63,895 bases of DNA, filler included, from Rhabdomonas costata (GCA_019059605.1; 51 parts of 51 records of this genome joined end to end with filler, not necessarily neighbours in it); one strand, 5' to 3'; positions 25,602-38,905 are shown, numbered from the whole stretch's first letter. Notes: generated by a model not told the origin, from the letters alone. Numbers and translations: made by a program.

Positions 25602-25697
25602 GCCCGCTGCCGAGCACAGTCGGTGATGCTGGCCCGTGCGGCGCTGCGGAATGTCTCCGTGTTCCGCGGGGACGGAGGCCTGGAGCCCAAGCCAAAG
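25602..25697 (+). CDS. Probable internal exon (ARCRAQSVMLARAALRNVSVFRGDGGLEPKPK), unidentified
   Basis: Follows a long pyrimidine-rich tract and CTGCAG. GC3-rich. Ends at AAG|GCACGT. Confidence 0.45.
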
Positions 25698-27629
25698 GCA
25701 CGTGCGTGCCATTCCATGACTGGCGGGGGCGTTTTGGTCCTTTGGGAATTGAGTGGACAGGCTTCTGCATGTGTGTCCGCGTTGGTCGGGGATACCCGTC
25801 AAATCGCGGTTCTGATGCACCAGTAAATTTTATGAGGACCAGCACTCATGAGAAGAAGCTGGTCAGTGCTGCCAAAGAAGCTACTGCGTTGGAGGGTTGA
25901 TCAGAAGACAGCGTTGAGGAATACCTCCAACCTCCTCCGAAGTGTGATGCCTTTGTACAGTGTGGTGTGTATATACCGTGCCGCCTTCCCTCTTCTCCTG
26001 TTGTGTTATTTACTTCAGGCAGTATAGCCTATGAATGTGCGCACGTTAGGCGCGCAGTTTGGGGGTGAAATGATGAGTCCAAGTTGAGACTTTGTTTTCT
26101 TTTTTTCTCTGGTCTTATGTTCAAAACTTCGAATCATGTCCCTGCAAAATAGCAAAATTCGGTGCGGATAACTTTTTTCGACCTTTCCTTGAAGCCCCCT
26201 TACAGACGGACACCTCCGCACACCCACACCTCCGCCCCCCCCCCAAATCGCTGCTCTNNNNNNNNNNNNNNNNNNNNNNNNNNNNNNNNNNNNNNNNNNN
26301 NTTAATTAATTAANNNNNNNNNNNNNNNNNNNNNNNNNNNNNNNNNNNNNNNNNNNNGGTTAGTTGGTTCTCCCCTCCATATATAGTTTGTGGATTTCGA
26401 TATTGGGAAGCTGACGTGCAAACTTGAGTTGAAGGGATGCAAGCCTTTGTTCCTTCAAGGAATGTGCAGGACACGTAATCCGATGCAGGACACGTAATGA
26501 AATAATATATTCTTGCTCGCGTGATCGTGAACTCGCACAGGCTGATCCCGCAGTTTGAGGGTGCAGTATGTCATCCAGTAAAAGTGAGCAAAGTATACAA
26601 AAAAGTATCACGTCAACGGGTGGCAGAGGGTGTCTCACTTCCATGGTTACTACTGGAAGAGGGGGCATTAGTAGCCGTCAGGCTTCCCGAAGTCAGGTGC
26701 GCATCTGCATCGATGATGTTTCCTCAGCAAAAGTCTTGTCGTGAAATATCTTTTTTCAAAAAAAAAAGGTGTGGATTAAATGCGTTCCACTTGTTTTGTT
26801 AGGCTCTTCGTGATGTGCGTCTTCTCAAGCAAGGGCTAGCAAAATGGACTCCACGAACATGTACTTGCCTGCTGCTGCGTGAGCAATCGTGTGCGCAGTT
26901 CTTTGTTGGAGAAAGCAAGCTGGTTCGAAGCCCGTGAGTCTCCGTCTATTTGCCCTAAAATTCCCATGTTGCTATCAGTTTTTCGGTGCTCACTGGACGC
27001 GCCTGTAATGACTGCTCGCCATTGAAGGTAAGTGAAAAGCGCCGCGAAGCAGCCGGAGGAGGCAGCACGACATGCCTTATTTTGAGACGATTGCGCTTCC
27101 AAAACCCACCCGAGCGGATCGAATTCGGCTGGCTTCGTTCGTTCGTTTGATACTCGCACACGCACACGATAAACGCATTCCCAGGTGTTTGCCGGACCGA
27201 TCCGTCTGTAAAAGCGATTTAACGTGACCAGTATGTGTTCATGTAGAAATGCCCTGGAAAATCGGAGAAAGTCATTTGCTCCCTCCTGCGATGCAGTCAC
27301 TTTGGGAAAGCTTTCATCACTAATTACCCACGCACAAGGACCCTTGCATTACTCTCACAGAACCTTTCGTTGTGTGTCCCTCCCACAACATCTCCCGATC
27401 TGAGTCATCTCGAGTTCTCCCTCCCTGCTGTCCGTGTGGTGTATTGCACCATTACCCGATTGTGCGCGTGTGTCTTCCTTGTCTGCGCGTCTGCGTGTGT
27501 GGTGTGTATAAGNNNNNNNNNNNNNNNNNNNNNNNNNNNNNNNNNNNNNNNNNNNNTTAATTAATTAANNNNNNNNNNNNNNNNNNNNNNNNNNNNNNNN
27601 NNNNNNNNNNNNGTGTGGGGTGTGTTGGG

Positions 27630-28199
27630 TTGGTGGGGGAGGCAGCAGAGTCGAACGCGGGGACCTGACTGAATGTGGGCGCGGCGGCGGAGAAGGTTGG
27701 GGCGGGTGTGGTGAAGGTCGGAGCTGCGGCAGAGAAGGTTGGTGCTGGTGCCCTGTAGGTCGGAGCCTGGGCGGTGAAGGCAGGACCAGCGGTGAACATT
27801 GGGCCCTGAAAAAAAAAGGAAAGGAAGGCTCAGCGCCACCTTGAGCTGGCTTTCGTTTTCTGGATGGTCTCAGGCAGGAGTAGCTGTCTTTAAACATATC
27901 GTTTTCGGAAGTTTTGCTATGAACCCAAATGCCGACTATAATACTGCAACAACCGTCATTCTCAGAAAATTTCGATGCGAAGAAGCCACGGCGGAAGCAG
28001 CATTCTCACTATACTGCACTACACCACACTGCATCTCACAAAACTGCACGAAACTGCACGAAACTGCACAAAACTGCACGAAACGAAACGAAACGAAGCG
28101 AAGGAAAAGAGGGATAATGGCAGAAAGGAAAAGGGTGCCACTGTAAGAGAGAATCTGTGTTGGTCGGGAGTAGAACACCGTGGGCGTGCTGTAGCTCAT
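27630..28199 (-). CDS. 5' part of a gene for a Pro/Ala/Thr/Phe heptad-repeat protein; exons 28199-28179, 27805-~27630
   Basis: MSYSTPT|GTGTTC...TTTTTTTTTCAG|GPMFTAGPAFTAQAPTYRAPAPTFSAAAPTFTTPAPTFSAAAPTFSQVPAF. 21-nt repeat units. Confidence 0.6.
28041..28099 (+). repeat. Intronic tandem repeat (AAACTGCACR)4 followed by (AAACG)3
   Basis: Directly visible. Confidence 0.9.
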
Positions 28200-28869
28200 C
28201 GCAGGAGGGAACGCAGGTGCACGGACCTGTGTGGCAAAAAAAAACACGTGAAAAATGATAGGGTGCCCCACGAGCGTGTTTTTTCCGCACAGTCCATATC
28301 GCGATGCAATAACCCCACACCCCACAGGTCGCGTGTACCCACTGGTTCGTCCACGGCGGGCTTCCGAAGTGTGAGAATTATAAGAAAGGCAAACCTGTTG
28401 TCATTTTGTGATGGAAAGCCACGGCACAAAGACAGGTAGCTGGGATTCGTTTCGCATAGGTGAACGAAACCTCCGAAGCCGACGCCATACGCTTGAACGC
28501 GGAAAGAAGAAAGAAGTATTTCCGAGAACCTCAATCCCCGTAGCGAAAGATTGTTTTTGGCTGCTTCAGTCCCAGTCCCAGTCCCAGTCCAGGTAGGCAG
28601 GTAGGAAACATATGCTCCCACATATCAAAGCGCACAGACCGAACCGCTTGGGCGCATACCCCAGTCGGCGGGTACCACATTGGTTGAGGCGCCGCGAAGG
28701 GAAACGGGCACGCAGCGTACGCCTGTTCAGGAAAGGAGAAACGCTGAAGCAGTACCTATACAACCAANNNNNNNNNNNNNNNNNNNNNNNNNNNNNNNNN
28801 NNNNNNNNNNNTTAATTAATTAANNNNNNNNNNNNNNNNNNNNNNNNNNNNNNNNNNNNNNNNNNNNAA

Positions 28870-29085
28870 GAGCCGGCCCTCCAGGATGCAGTTGGCCGGT
28901 GCGGGACCCTGTAGTGGCTGCTTCTGTTGCTGAGCCTGCTGCTGCTGAGCCTTCTGTGGCTGCTGCTGCTGCTGCTGCTGAGGCTGCTGCTGAGCCTTCT
29001 GTGGCTGCTGAGGCTGTGGATTCTGAGCGTGGCGAGGTTGAGGCGGATGGGGTGCCGAGCTGATGTGATCGTGCGCCATCATTGT
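28870..29085 (-). CDS. Possible Gln/Pro-rich exon (CAG-repeat)
   Basis: Open frame HPPQPRHAQNPQPQQPQKAQQQPQQQQQQQPQKAQQQQ downstream of a pyrimidine-rich tract. Low complexity, frame uncertain. Confidence 0.4.
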
Positions 29086-32000
29086 GCACGGGCTGACCGT
29101 TCACCACGAAATGGGATGGGGAAGGGAAAGGGGTCTGGGAGAAGACCGGGCGAGGGGGGAGAATACACGATATTGCTAAGAACAGAAAAACAAAGAGAAA
29201 GAAAGCGAGTTTGTGTGAGTATGGATATCAATGAGTAACCCATCAAGAGGAGCAAGATCAACCTTAATTAAGTAACCTTGGGTAATGCCACAACTCACAA
29301 ATGGGTAGGCGCCTGTTGACGGCTTTGCCCCACAACAAAACACAAATCGTAATGAGCCGCACCTGGGGCAAACTCTCCCTCCATATTAGCAAGCACCACA
29401 TACCAAAGTGACCCCGCACGCGGAGACGAACAAAATCGGTCGCCTGTGAAAGTGATGCCGTTGGAGCCACCATAACAGCTCAGGTGGACACCCACTCACT
29501 GGCACAGAGGAGAAAACGGGGTGTGCAGGGTTTCCCATCCCAACAGCAAGACAGCATGGGTAAAAGACAAATACAAATGAAATTGAAAACAAAAAGAAAC
29601 AGCTCCCGCGGAGGAGGTACATGCGTCACGGTCCGAAGCAGGGCTGCTGCCCCGGCCCATAAGCACAACCCCACCCGAGGCGAGGGAACAAAAGCCATGC
29701 AGACACAGACAAGGTAGGCAGATGGTGGACACAACACAGAAGCGCATACTCTGACTCTCCTCCTCTCTGTGGTTCTATTGACTGTTTGGAAGCAGTATGC
29801 TATCTGAGTATCTGAATAATTGGGTGGCGTTGTTGTCTTGGGCGTCTCTAGAAGAGAGGCCCATTCTGTTTGGCATCCCAAACATTTTGCGGCAAGGTGC
29901 ACCGACTTCTAGAGAGGGCAGGCAATCCATCCACATCATCCGAAAGACAGGAAACACTCCTGGCCCATGTAAACTCATTTAACAAACGTACTGGGCGCTG
30001 GGGCATCTGTGAAATCCCCCCCNNNNNNNNNNNNNNNNNNNNNNNNNNNNNNNNNNNNNNNNNNNNTTAATTAATTAANNNNNNNNNNNNNNNNNNNNNN
30101 NNNNNNNNNNNNNNNNNNNNNNGTGTTTGTGTCAATTTTGTGGTGCTTTCAGGCTCCCGATCTCGATTGCCGGCTAAAATGTGACGGGGGTCTTGGGGAG
30201 GGGCCATCCATCGTACGCAGGTTTCCATCAGCGAAGGATGGCAGGGCAATGGACCCAGCTAGATAAACTTCAGCGAGGGCTGCAAACAGGGGGCGTCGGC
30301 AAGGATAGAGCCCTCTTCCTTCGGCTGAGCTGGAGTAGCAAAATAGTAGCAAAGCAAAATTGCAGGCCCACCTGTGACGTTTGACAGATTCATAGGAAGA
30401 TGGTCAACCACTATAACGGCACTTGTCCCACCTAGAAGAACAAAGTTCTTTTTTCCTGCTCTTTCAGGTCGTCCAAAGCGAACTTCCTTCAAGCTGCGAA
30501 AGTCGGTGATGTCCCAGTTCTTCGGCGCTTGATTCATTCAAGAGCTTCTCAAGTAAATGGTTCGTTTTGCATTTTTGTGAAAACCAAACCAAACCAGTTT
30601 TCGGACTTTTATTGGTAAATCGGTTGTTTTTGCCGTAAGGTATTAATGGACGGTCACTAAAAAAGATGGATGTGAAACGTCCCTGTTGATCCGTTAAGTT
30701 TAATGTAAATGGCCAGTTTTCCCATCTCCAAAAGATGAAGGGAATTTCTTTTTTTGTTGCGGAGGAGGCCTCGAATCAGCATCGATTTACGATCGATTTG
30801 TTTTTATTTGAATCAGTGGAAAGTCGAAATCGTTCCAATATTTTGAGTCCAGTATCAATACCTTCACTGCATGTCGCCCCTTCGCTACTACTCTGGAAAT
30901 ACAGGGGAAAGTTTCTGAACTAAAATGTTGTTATTAAATTTATTATTTTTGTGCCCTGGTGTGGACTCTCAGAACAAAATCGATTCGGCAGAACGCCACT
31001 GAACTACGCCTGCAGGTCCACCCAGGCCCACCCAGGCCCGTTTTGGTTTTTGGGTGTTTTTTTCTGGCGGAAAAGCTCGATCAATACTAACGACTACTCT
31101 TGGGTACGGTCCATTCTGTACTGAAGTCAGGGTGAACCCTGATTTCCCTCTTTCTTTCTGGTTTGGGGTGAAAAGCCAACTTGCAATAGAGAGGAAAAAC
31201 TGTTTGATAGTTGTAGATAAGTTTAACCGCTCGCTTCATACTTTGAATGCAGAAATGGTCCGGGACGCGAGGAGGTCNNNNNNNNNNNNNNNNNNNNNNN
31301 NNNNNNNNNNNNNNNNNNNNNTTAATTAATTAANNNNNNNNNNNNNNNNNNNNNNNNNNNNNNNNNNNNNNNNNNNNGTGTTGGGTGTGGTTGGGGTGGG
31401 GGGGGGGGGGCGAAAAGCTGTGTTGTGTTTTGTTGGGTTGTTGGGTAGTTGCGTTCCTCCCTGTTCCAATACTCACAGGTTCCCGAGGGATCTGGAAAGA
31501 TTATGTGCCCCTCCCCCCGGGATGAATGCCGTCCCCTGTCGATTAACTGACCTATTCCCCATTGCGGTTGTAGTGTTCCTGCGTAGATAGGAGCGCATAC
31601 GCACTTGTTTGAAAGCTCTCCGTTGGGTGAGGCTATGTACAACCACAGTCGCCGTTGACACCACCTCTGTCTCCCTCTCTCCTCCCGAAGGGAACCCACG
31701 GCTGCCTCCTTCCTCCGTGCCAAGGGCCCAACTGCCCCGGCAGCCCTTTTCGCGGATGTTCCAGCCTCCTCCTCTTCCTCCACCTCGTCTTTCCCTGTCC
31801 GGTTGGCCTCGCAGTCCGCCACCCCGGGGATGAAGAGGGTCCTTCGGGAAAACGCCAACGGGTGTGAGCTGGCGCGGGGGTGGGCATCTGTGGCAACCTC
31901 CGCACAACGGGTGTTTTCTCATGCATGGTACCCAAATTTTGTATGCTCCGAAGATCTTTGCGGAGCCGAACACCGTGGTTTTCGCTGCTTTTCTATCGCC

Positions 32001-32789
32001 TCGGGGTTTCCCGACGCACGTACACATACTCACGCACTTTTTGGTATCAGCCCCAGTGCACTTGACATCTGTGCCTTCTTCGCTACACCCGAGACAGCAA
32101 AACATGGGGGTACAGCGTTGAGCGGTTGCTTTCAAGTTTTTCTAGAATGATGAGGGGCGGGATGGATCTCCTCCTTTCTCTGCCTCACAGGGAAGTGGAC
32201 ATTGTCGAAGGTAAGTGCGAGTCGGAGGAAATCCACGCAGTTGTTACTCCTGCTATTTCTCACGCTCACGTTGAGCTAAAAAAAAGGGGGGGGGAAGTGG
32301 AAAAGCGAATATTCTGCTCTGTCATCCTCCTAGAATGCTCTTTTTCCCATTTCGATCCTTTGTACACCTGACTTTCTCTCATCTTATTCCGTTTTTACCT
32401 ATCGCCCCAGCTAGGAAGTCCCCTGTAGCCTAAACTGAACCGCCCCGCAGCTTTTCTGGAGTCCAGTGCAGTTGGAGATCTCCTCCGCTCTGTTTCAGGT
32501 TCTCACTGTGACCCTCTCGTCCCCACCAAAAANNNNNNNNNNNNNNNNNNNNNNNNNNNNNNNNNNNNNNNNNNNNTTAATTAATTAANNNNNNNNNNNN
32601 NNNNNNNNNNNNNNNNNNNNNNNNNNNNNNNNCTGGGTGTTGGGTTGGAGGTGCTGGGTTGAGAGAGCGTACCGGCTTATGCCGGCGAGCTAAGGGAAGT
32701 TGATGCTAGTCGTCAGCATGCTCGGTACCTCGCATGCTTCCTCCAATGATGGTTCCCTCCACCTCCATAAGGTGGTTACGGTCACCGGT

Positions 32790-33240
32790 CGTCACTCGCT
32801 ACCCGCTCGTTCCTCCTGACGTCACTCGCTGTTCGCCCGTTCCTCTTTATGCACCCGGTTCACAATCGTTCTCACTCCCTCCGTCGTTCGTACTCATGTT
32901 CACGTCTAACGGTTCGACTCTCACACTCGACTCTCGTTGCACTCGTGTCTCCTGTTCGTGTCTCTCATCAAGGGCTGTTAAAGAGTTGTATTCTGTCACT
33001 CAGTCGCTACGCTCCTTCGTTCCTACTCCTGTCGGTCGTCACTGCGTTCCTATCGTCGCTCCGCTCCTCAATGTCACTCCGTTCCTCCTCCGGTTCACAA
33101 TCGACTCTCACTGCGTTCGTGTCTCATGTTCACAGCCATGGTTAAAGGGTTGTATTCTGTCTCTCAGTCGCTACGCTCCTTCGTTCCTTGGTTGTCACTT
33201 CGTTCGAGTCCCTCGCTACGTTCCTCCTGACGTCACTCCC
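32790..33240 (+). repeat. Degenerate internally repetitive C/T-rich tract (48-nt near-identical copies at 32977-33024 and 33141-33188)
   Basis: GTTAAAGRGTTGTATTCTGTCWCTCAGTCGCTACGCTCCTTCGTTCCT occurs twice, 164 nt apart. CGTTCCTCCTGACGTCACTC and CCGGTTCACAATCG are also duplicated. Confidence 0.8.
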
Positions 33241-34044
33241 CTAGGCCCCATGATCAGGTACTCAGCTTGATATCAGCCCCTGTTCCTGCGGAGCCTTTCA
33301 CCTATACCCTCTCATACCCTTACACTTGAAGGCATCGAGGGCATGTCGACGTAGGAGGTATGACCGAGCAGTTACAGTAAAGGCATCAGCGATAGGAACA
33401 CCCATGCGAGGTACCGAGATGCCATGACGACAGGATAGTAGGAGCATGCGAGGCATCGAGCATGCGACCATCAAACCTTCTTCATAACAGGAGGCATTCG
33501 AGGTCCCGAGAATGCCGACAGTGGACATTACGAACCTAGTGAGAGCGGGGCCCGAGGCCCTCTTCACTCTTCTGGAGCATGGGCCCTGAGATACGAGGGG
33601 ACCATGCGACCATGACTCAGGGTTCCATCACCATCTCACCGGTCTCTTGCGTTGTGTGGCCTTCCCAGGGATCCAGGGGTTCTAACTTTAGTCGTGTCTC
33701 TACGTCTTTATCCTCCTAAGAGAGGTGAGTACCCCCGAGACGCCAAATTCACATCCATCCATCCGAGTACATAGATCACAAACAGCANNNNNNNNNNNNN
33801 NNNNNNNNNNNNNNNNNNNNNNNNNNNNNNNTTAATTAATTAANNNNNNNNNNNNNNNNNNNNNNNNNNNNNNNNNNNNNNNNNNNNTGTGTTGGGAGTG
33901 ATTGGAGATTTGGGTACGGAGACGGAGGAGGAGCCTCCTTCCCTTCATCCAGCTTCCCTTTGCTTCGGCTGTCTTTGCGTTTATTATTAGAGTGTGTCCT
34001 GCTCAAACTCTGATGTGTGTACCCTATCCCATCAAAAAGCATAC

Positions 34045-34177
34045 GAGCACGGTCGTCCGCAAGGCCCTGCTGAGCGAGGAACTCGCTGGGGCGGTACCTC
34101 ACCGTGAGCTGGCTGCCTGGGCGAGTGAGCACCCGGCCCCCAGCGGCCTGCGCCACCAAGGTACTGCCCTCCCAGAC
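34045..34177 (-). CDS. Internal exon, unidentified (VWEGSTLVAQAAGGRVLTRPGSQLTVRYRPSEFLAQQGLADDRA)
   Basis: Strong polypyrimidine tract plus CGCAG acceptor, C|GTATGC donor, open frame. Confidence 0.55.
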
Positions 34178-34622
34178 CTGCGAAAAAAAAAGGGAGAGAA
34201 TCAGGGAGAAAAAAAGGAGCAGGAGCGAGGAGGCCCCATCATTTCGATGTTTGCATGGGCGCTCCTTCAATAAAAGGAAAGCCCACAGTTTTGGCGCGAA
34301 AAAAGGGGCCCAACCTGAACATCGGGGGGTGCCTTCCTATGGTCATCCATGTGCATGTTGGTGTGAGAAAAGGGCCCGAAAGATAAAAAGGGGGTTGATA
34401 GACAAAGGCAACCTGACTTTTTCTACAGTAAGCAACATCGCTGGCTTAAAACCAAGAAAAGGATCTGTGTCAGCAGAACTATACACTAAGTTTGTAATGC
34501 CCATACAGACTGCGCTCTGATGTCCGGTAACTTGTCATCCACCCCAAGCTGTTCAACAAACGAGTGAGCTGCTTCAGCCCATCCCAAACCTTTCAGGTCT
34601 GAGGCGGTGTAGGGCGCCTGTG

Positions 34623-34655
<33 letters not shown>

Positions 34656-36469
34656 TGCTATTTTTCTCCTCAAAAGAGCGAAGTACTGGGGAACTGGGGA
34701 AAAGACGCCTCCACATCTTGCGTCCCTCCAACGAAGAACGCTCAGAGGCAGCCCAAAGCTTCAGTAATAGAGGCCATGAGCCACAGAGCCCAGAGCGGTT
34801 TAAGATGCAAAGTGCTTTGGCATGTCCCTCTGTCGGAGAGTACTGCTGATTGGGGACTGGCCTGTTGCAGGGCTTCGGCGGACGAGGGGGAAAACATCAG
34901 GGACTAGGGAAGAACGGTGAACTTTCTTGTCCAGTCTGCACGTACCCCTTTCGTGAGGGGGGGGGGGGGCTTAAAATGTGGTTATACCTGGAAAGGACTT
35001 TGGAATCACCGAGCCTGAGGGAAAGGCAACCGACCCAAAACCNNNNNNNNNNNNNNNNNNNNNNNNNNNNNNNNNNNNNNNNNNNNTTAATTAATTAANN
35101 NNNNNNNNNNNNNNNNNNNNNNNNNNNNNNNNNNNNNNNNNNTGGGTTTTTTTTTTCACATCTCAATCCCCTACCATTCAACTGCCGTTCCTTTACCTTC
35201 CCGATCCGCCCTCCCTTTCACCCTTACCTCCATTCCGTTTTGTTCCCAGAGTTACGGCCTCTCCACCACACCTTTTTTGTCACCCGAAATTCTTATCCTT
35301 TTTCAGGCTTTGTATTTGCATGTATTATGTGCTTTATGGTGCTTGCTTCTTTTGTGCTTATTTTCCTCTGCAAATCTGCGTTCCTTCCCGTCAATTGCTC
35401 TTCAGGAATTCTTTTGCCTTTGCCGCGGCGTTTTCTCCTTCTTCGACCGCTTTCATTCTGCGCTCCTCCGTGTTGTGGGCGCCGGTACTCCTGCTGCCAA
35501 CCCCTACCGATGCCGACCCCTTTTGCCGCGGCCAGGCCGTGAAGTTCTCGAAAAATCTCGTGGTACCTTTGTCGCTTTCCCCTGCCTCAATGCCTTGCTG
35601 TTTTCAGGCTCTTTCCCTTCCCCAAAAAACGCAAAACCGTTGTTCCGACGTTGGGACAACTTGTTGGCACAAAGTTTCGCTTTTGCGACGCCGTATTATG
35701 TGGGAAATCAAACCGCAATCTTAGACAACTTTTGTGAAAAGAATCAGCAGAACGCCCAATTGCCGCCCAAGCGCTCACCCTCGACGGATTGGCGCATTTT
35801 ACAAATCCTTTTTGATGGGTGGATATATATACAGCGAGACAAAGATTTGATAGAAAGCCTATAACTTGTTTGCGAAAAAGGTTGAGAAAAAATACAAAAA
35901 AGAACAAAAAAACAGAGACAACTGTCCCTAAGTCAAAGAATAAAAAGAGAGGAAATGGGGTTGAGAAAGAAAATTTTACGACCCCAAAAGGTTGAAGGTT
36001 GGAAGTTGCACCTTTGTATTAGGACCCCGTGCTGTGGACCTTTGTCTTTTATTGATCCTTCCGGTAAAAAGAATAAAGTGAAATTTGGCATTTTTAATAC
36101 CGATTTAAATCACGTTTGTGTGCAAGTGACAAAACTTCTTTCTAATTTTTGTTTTGGTATTTCCCCACAAATTCTCTATGGCGGTGTGTCGTTCACCCGC
36201 CTAGGTCAGATGAGCCAAGGCAAATAGACACGATCGTGCATTCAAAACGTACTTTTGGTTCTCCAAAATCCCCCTAAATAAAGCTGGCAAAAAAACCNNN
36301 NNNNNNNNNNNNNNNNNNNNNNNNNNNNNNNNNNNNNNNNNTTAATTAATTAANNNNNNNNNNNNNNNNNNNNNNNNNNNNNNNNNNNNNNNNNNNNTGT
36401 GTGTTGGATAAAACACTGAGCTTCGTAGAATTGGAGAAGCCAACTTGGTTCTGCAACAGACAGAGGGAC

Positions 36470-37545
36470 CTCCTGGCGGTTTCTTTTCCAGCCGTTCTCG
36501 ATTGCGGCGATCATCCTCCGCGCTGAAAGACCCAGGGTAAGCACCCCCGCCATCGTGATCCCCACCGCAGAGAACACCAGGATCCCCAGGTGCAGCAGCG
36601 TGGGTCGCTCCACCTCGGCCATGTCAACCTTCAGGACATACCTTTTTGGGACCCCGAAAGTGCCCCAAGGCATACCCGTTGCGCAATGCTTAAGTTTAGC
36701 CTATTTTTTCGCAGTGAATCTTCTCCATTGCGGTCACTGCTCCGGGTTTTTTTTTTGAAGTGTTTGGCTGCTCCTGACGTGTTCTAAGGATGATTTTTTT
36801 TGTAACATTCTACACATACACACAGTTGTGGGGATTGTCAGACGGATAAGATGGGAAATGTCAAGTATTGCCATTGCTGGTGAACTTCCAAGTGCGTCTG
36901 CGAGTGTCGCTCTGAGCAGGGCAGCGCACTTACGGTGTCGGCACGTCTCGAAGGTGCGTGATCGGACATATCTGGCTGAGTGAACCCGGCGACTGTAGCG
37001 TTGGTAGAAACGCTTGTAAATAGCGTAAAAGTAAAAGGAAAGGCCAGTTGGCCATACGAAGGCAACATTGTGTGCGGCCAAAATGTCCCCAAACGTGTCC
37101 TTCTGTCCTCATTTAGTTTGTCCGTTGAACGGCAGCCTGATTTTCGGTGGTGAACAAACCGCACCAACACGAATCCCAGAATTAGGGGATTGCATACCCC
37201 ACGGGGAGCTCGGAGGACTTCACATAGGCCCCAACAACCCGAGTCCCGCGGTAATCCCGGAAGTGCACCACCCCAGGGTCCATTTCTGTCGCGCCAGCGT
37301 ACTCCAGAGCCGCTCGCATGGCCTCAGCATCTGGGCCAGCGGATACGCAAAGGGTCTTCGAACAATCTATCGAAGGGCTGAACTTGTAATCGGAGAGGTA
37401 CTGCACAGTGGCTGCAGAGGCCGTGGTGCGTAGTTCCCCTATAGTGAGCTCGTAGGCGTGGGAGTCATCATGGTGGTTCTGGTCGTTGATGTAGGCGACG
37501 GCTTCAGCAATGCTGCGCTGCACTAGCTCCGCATCGTCGACCACA
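36470..37545 (-). CDS. Cache sensor domain plus second transmembrane helix of a receptor protein, partial; exons ~37545-37198, 36641-36470
   Basis: Spliced ...GVVHFRDYRGTRVVGAYVKSSELPVG-YVLKVDMAEVERPTLLHLGILVFSAVGITMAGVLTLGLSARRM carries the Cache C-terminal motif DYRG..V.GAY......W/G...K.D..E...P, followed by a TM helix. Confidence 0.85.
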
Positions 37546-38905
37546 CCCCCNNNNNNNNNNNNNNNNNNNNNNNNNNNNNNNNNNNNNNNNNNNNTTAATT
37601 AATTAANNNNNNNNNNNNNNNNNNNNNNNNNNNNNNNNNNNNNNNNNNNNGGGTGTGTGGGGGGTTCCAGTTTTGTTTCTGTAGGTTGCGGTTCGTGAAC
37701 CTCGTGGAGAGCAAAGTGATATGTGAGCTGAGGCCCGTTCCTTGCGAGGGGCTTGCAGATGCGTGAGTCTTTTTCTTGCTCTTCCTTCCCAACGATGACG
37801 ACGTCGACGATGATGGAACGATGATGGGGATTATCATCATTTTTGATCTTGATGATTGTGATCATTATCATCGTCATCCTAACCATCGTCGTCAGACGAC
37901 GACCATCTTTTTGCTGGATTGGAGGTGGCCCGTCAGCACCAAGTTGGCTTTGCAGGAAAGTTATGTCGTGTTTTGAGTGCGTGCACACACACACACACAC
38001 TTCTCTCACTTCAGGTCTCTTTCCTCGTTGCTGCTCACTGTGGTTGTTTCTGGGTCTTGACTACATTAATGCACGCATGGTCCGCTCTTTCGCCCGTGTT
38101 GAAAATGGGAGTGTGGGCTCGCGCTGTCATCGCTACCCAACCTTTCCTTTCCACTCGGCGGTGCGGTAGATGAGCAATGCACTCGTTGTCCCGTAACTTT
38201 TGCGCAATGTCCCCAGAACGGATGTGCACCGATTTTTGTGCCTTCACCTCACGATGTGGCACGCGGTGCCTTGTTGTGTCCAGAGCCGCCTTTATATACT
38301 TTTGCACACCTGTTTGTATTTTTGTGTCACCATCACCCAACTCTCATACACCCTCTTACCATCCGATCTGCGAATATATCTCTTGTGCAAACCACACACA
38401 GACACACACATATGCGGGCTACAACGAGCGCATATGCCACACCGGGGCAACAAACTCGGACCGCGTACGCAGCTCACCCAGCGCAGAAGGCAAGGGATCA
38501 ACCGAGGTTCCCTCTGCATCTGCTCTTTAGCCAGCGCACTATGCGCTCAAAACAGTCATACATGCACATTCCAGTGTCGTTCCAGTCCTTTCCATTTCTT
38601 CACCGATTGTGCCCATGCGTTGCGCTTCCAGTGTCCCGGTCCCCGGGGATTTTCCAAATGAAGTTGCTTACCTACGTTCTTCTCCAGTCGCCCGCGCCTC
38701 CTCTATCTTTTTCCATCCGTTTTCACTATGCTGCCTCTGCAGTTTACCTGGCCTTCATCGAGTCAGGTCGAACGGGGGCTTGTGACTTGGCTCTGCCAAC
38801 AACCCNNNNNNNNNNNNNNNNNNNNNNNNNNNNNNNNNNNNNNNNNNNNTTAATTAATTAANNNNNNNNNNNNNNNNNNNNNNNNNNNNNNNNNNNNNNN
38901 NNNNN

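Noticed and set aside
26880-32930. tRNA genes at GGTTCGA motifs (near 26921 and 32911)
   Set aside because: No cloverleaf, acceptor stem or A-box could be built around either motif.
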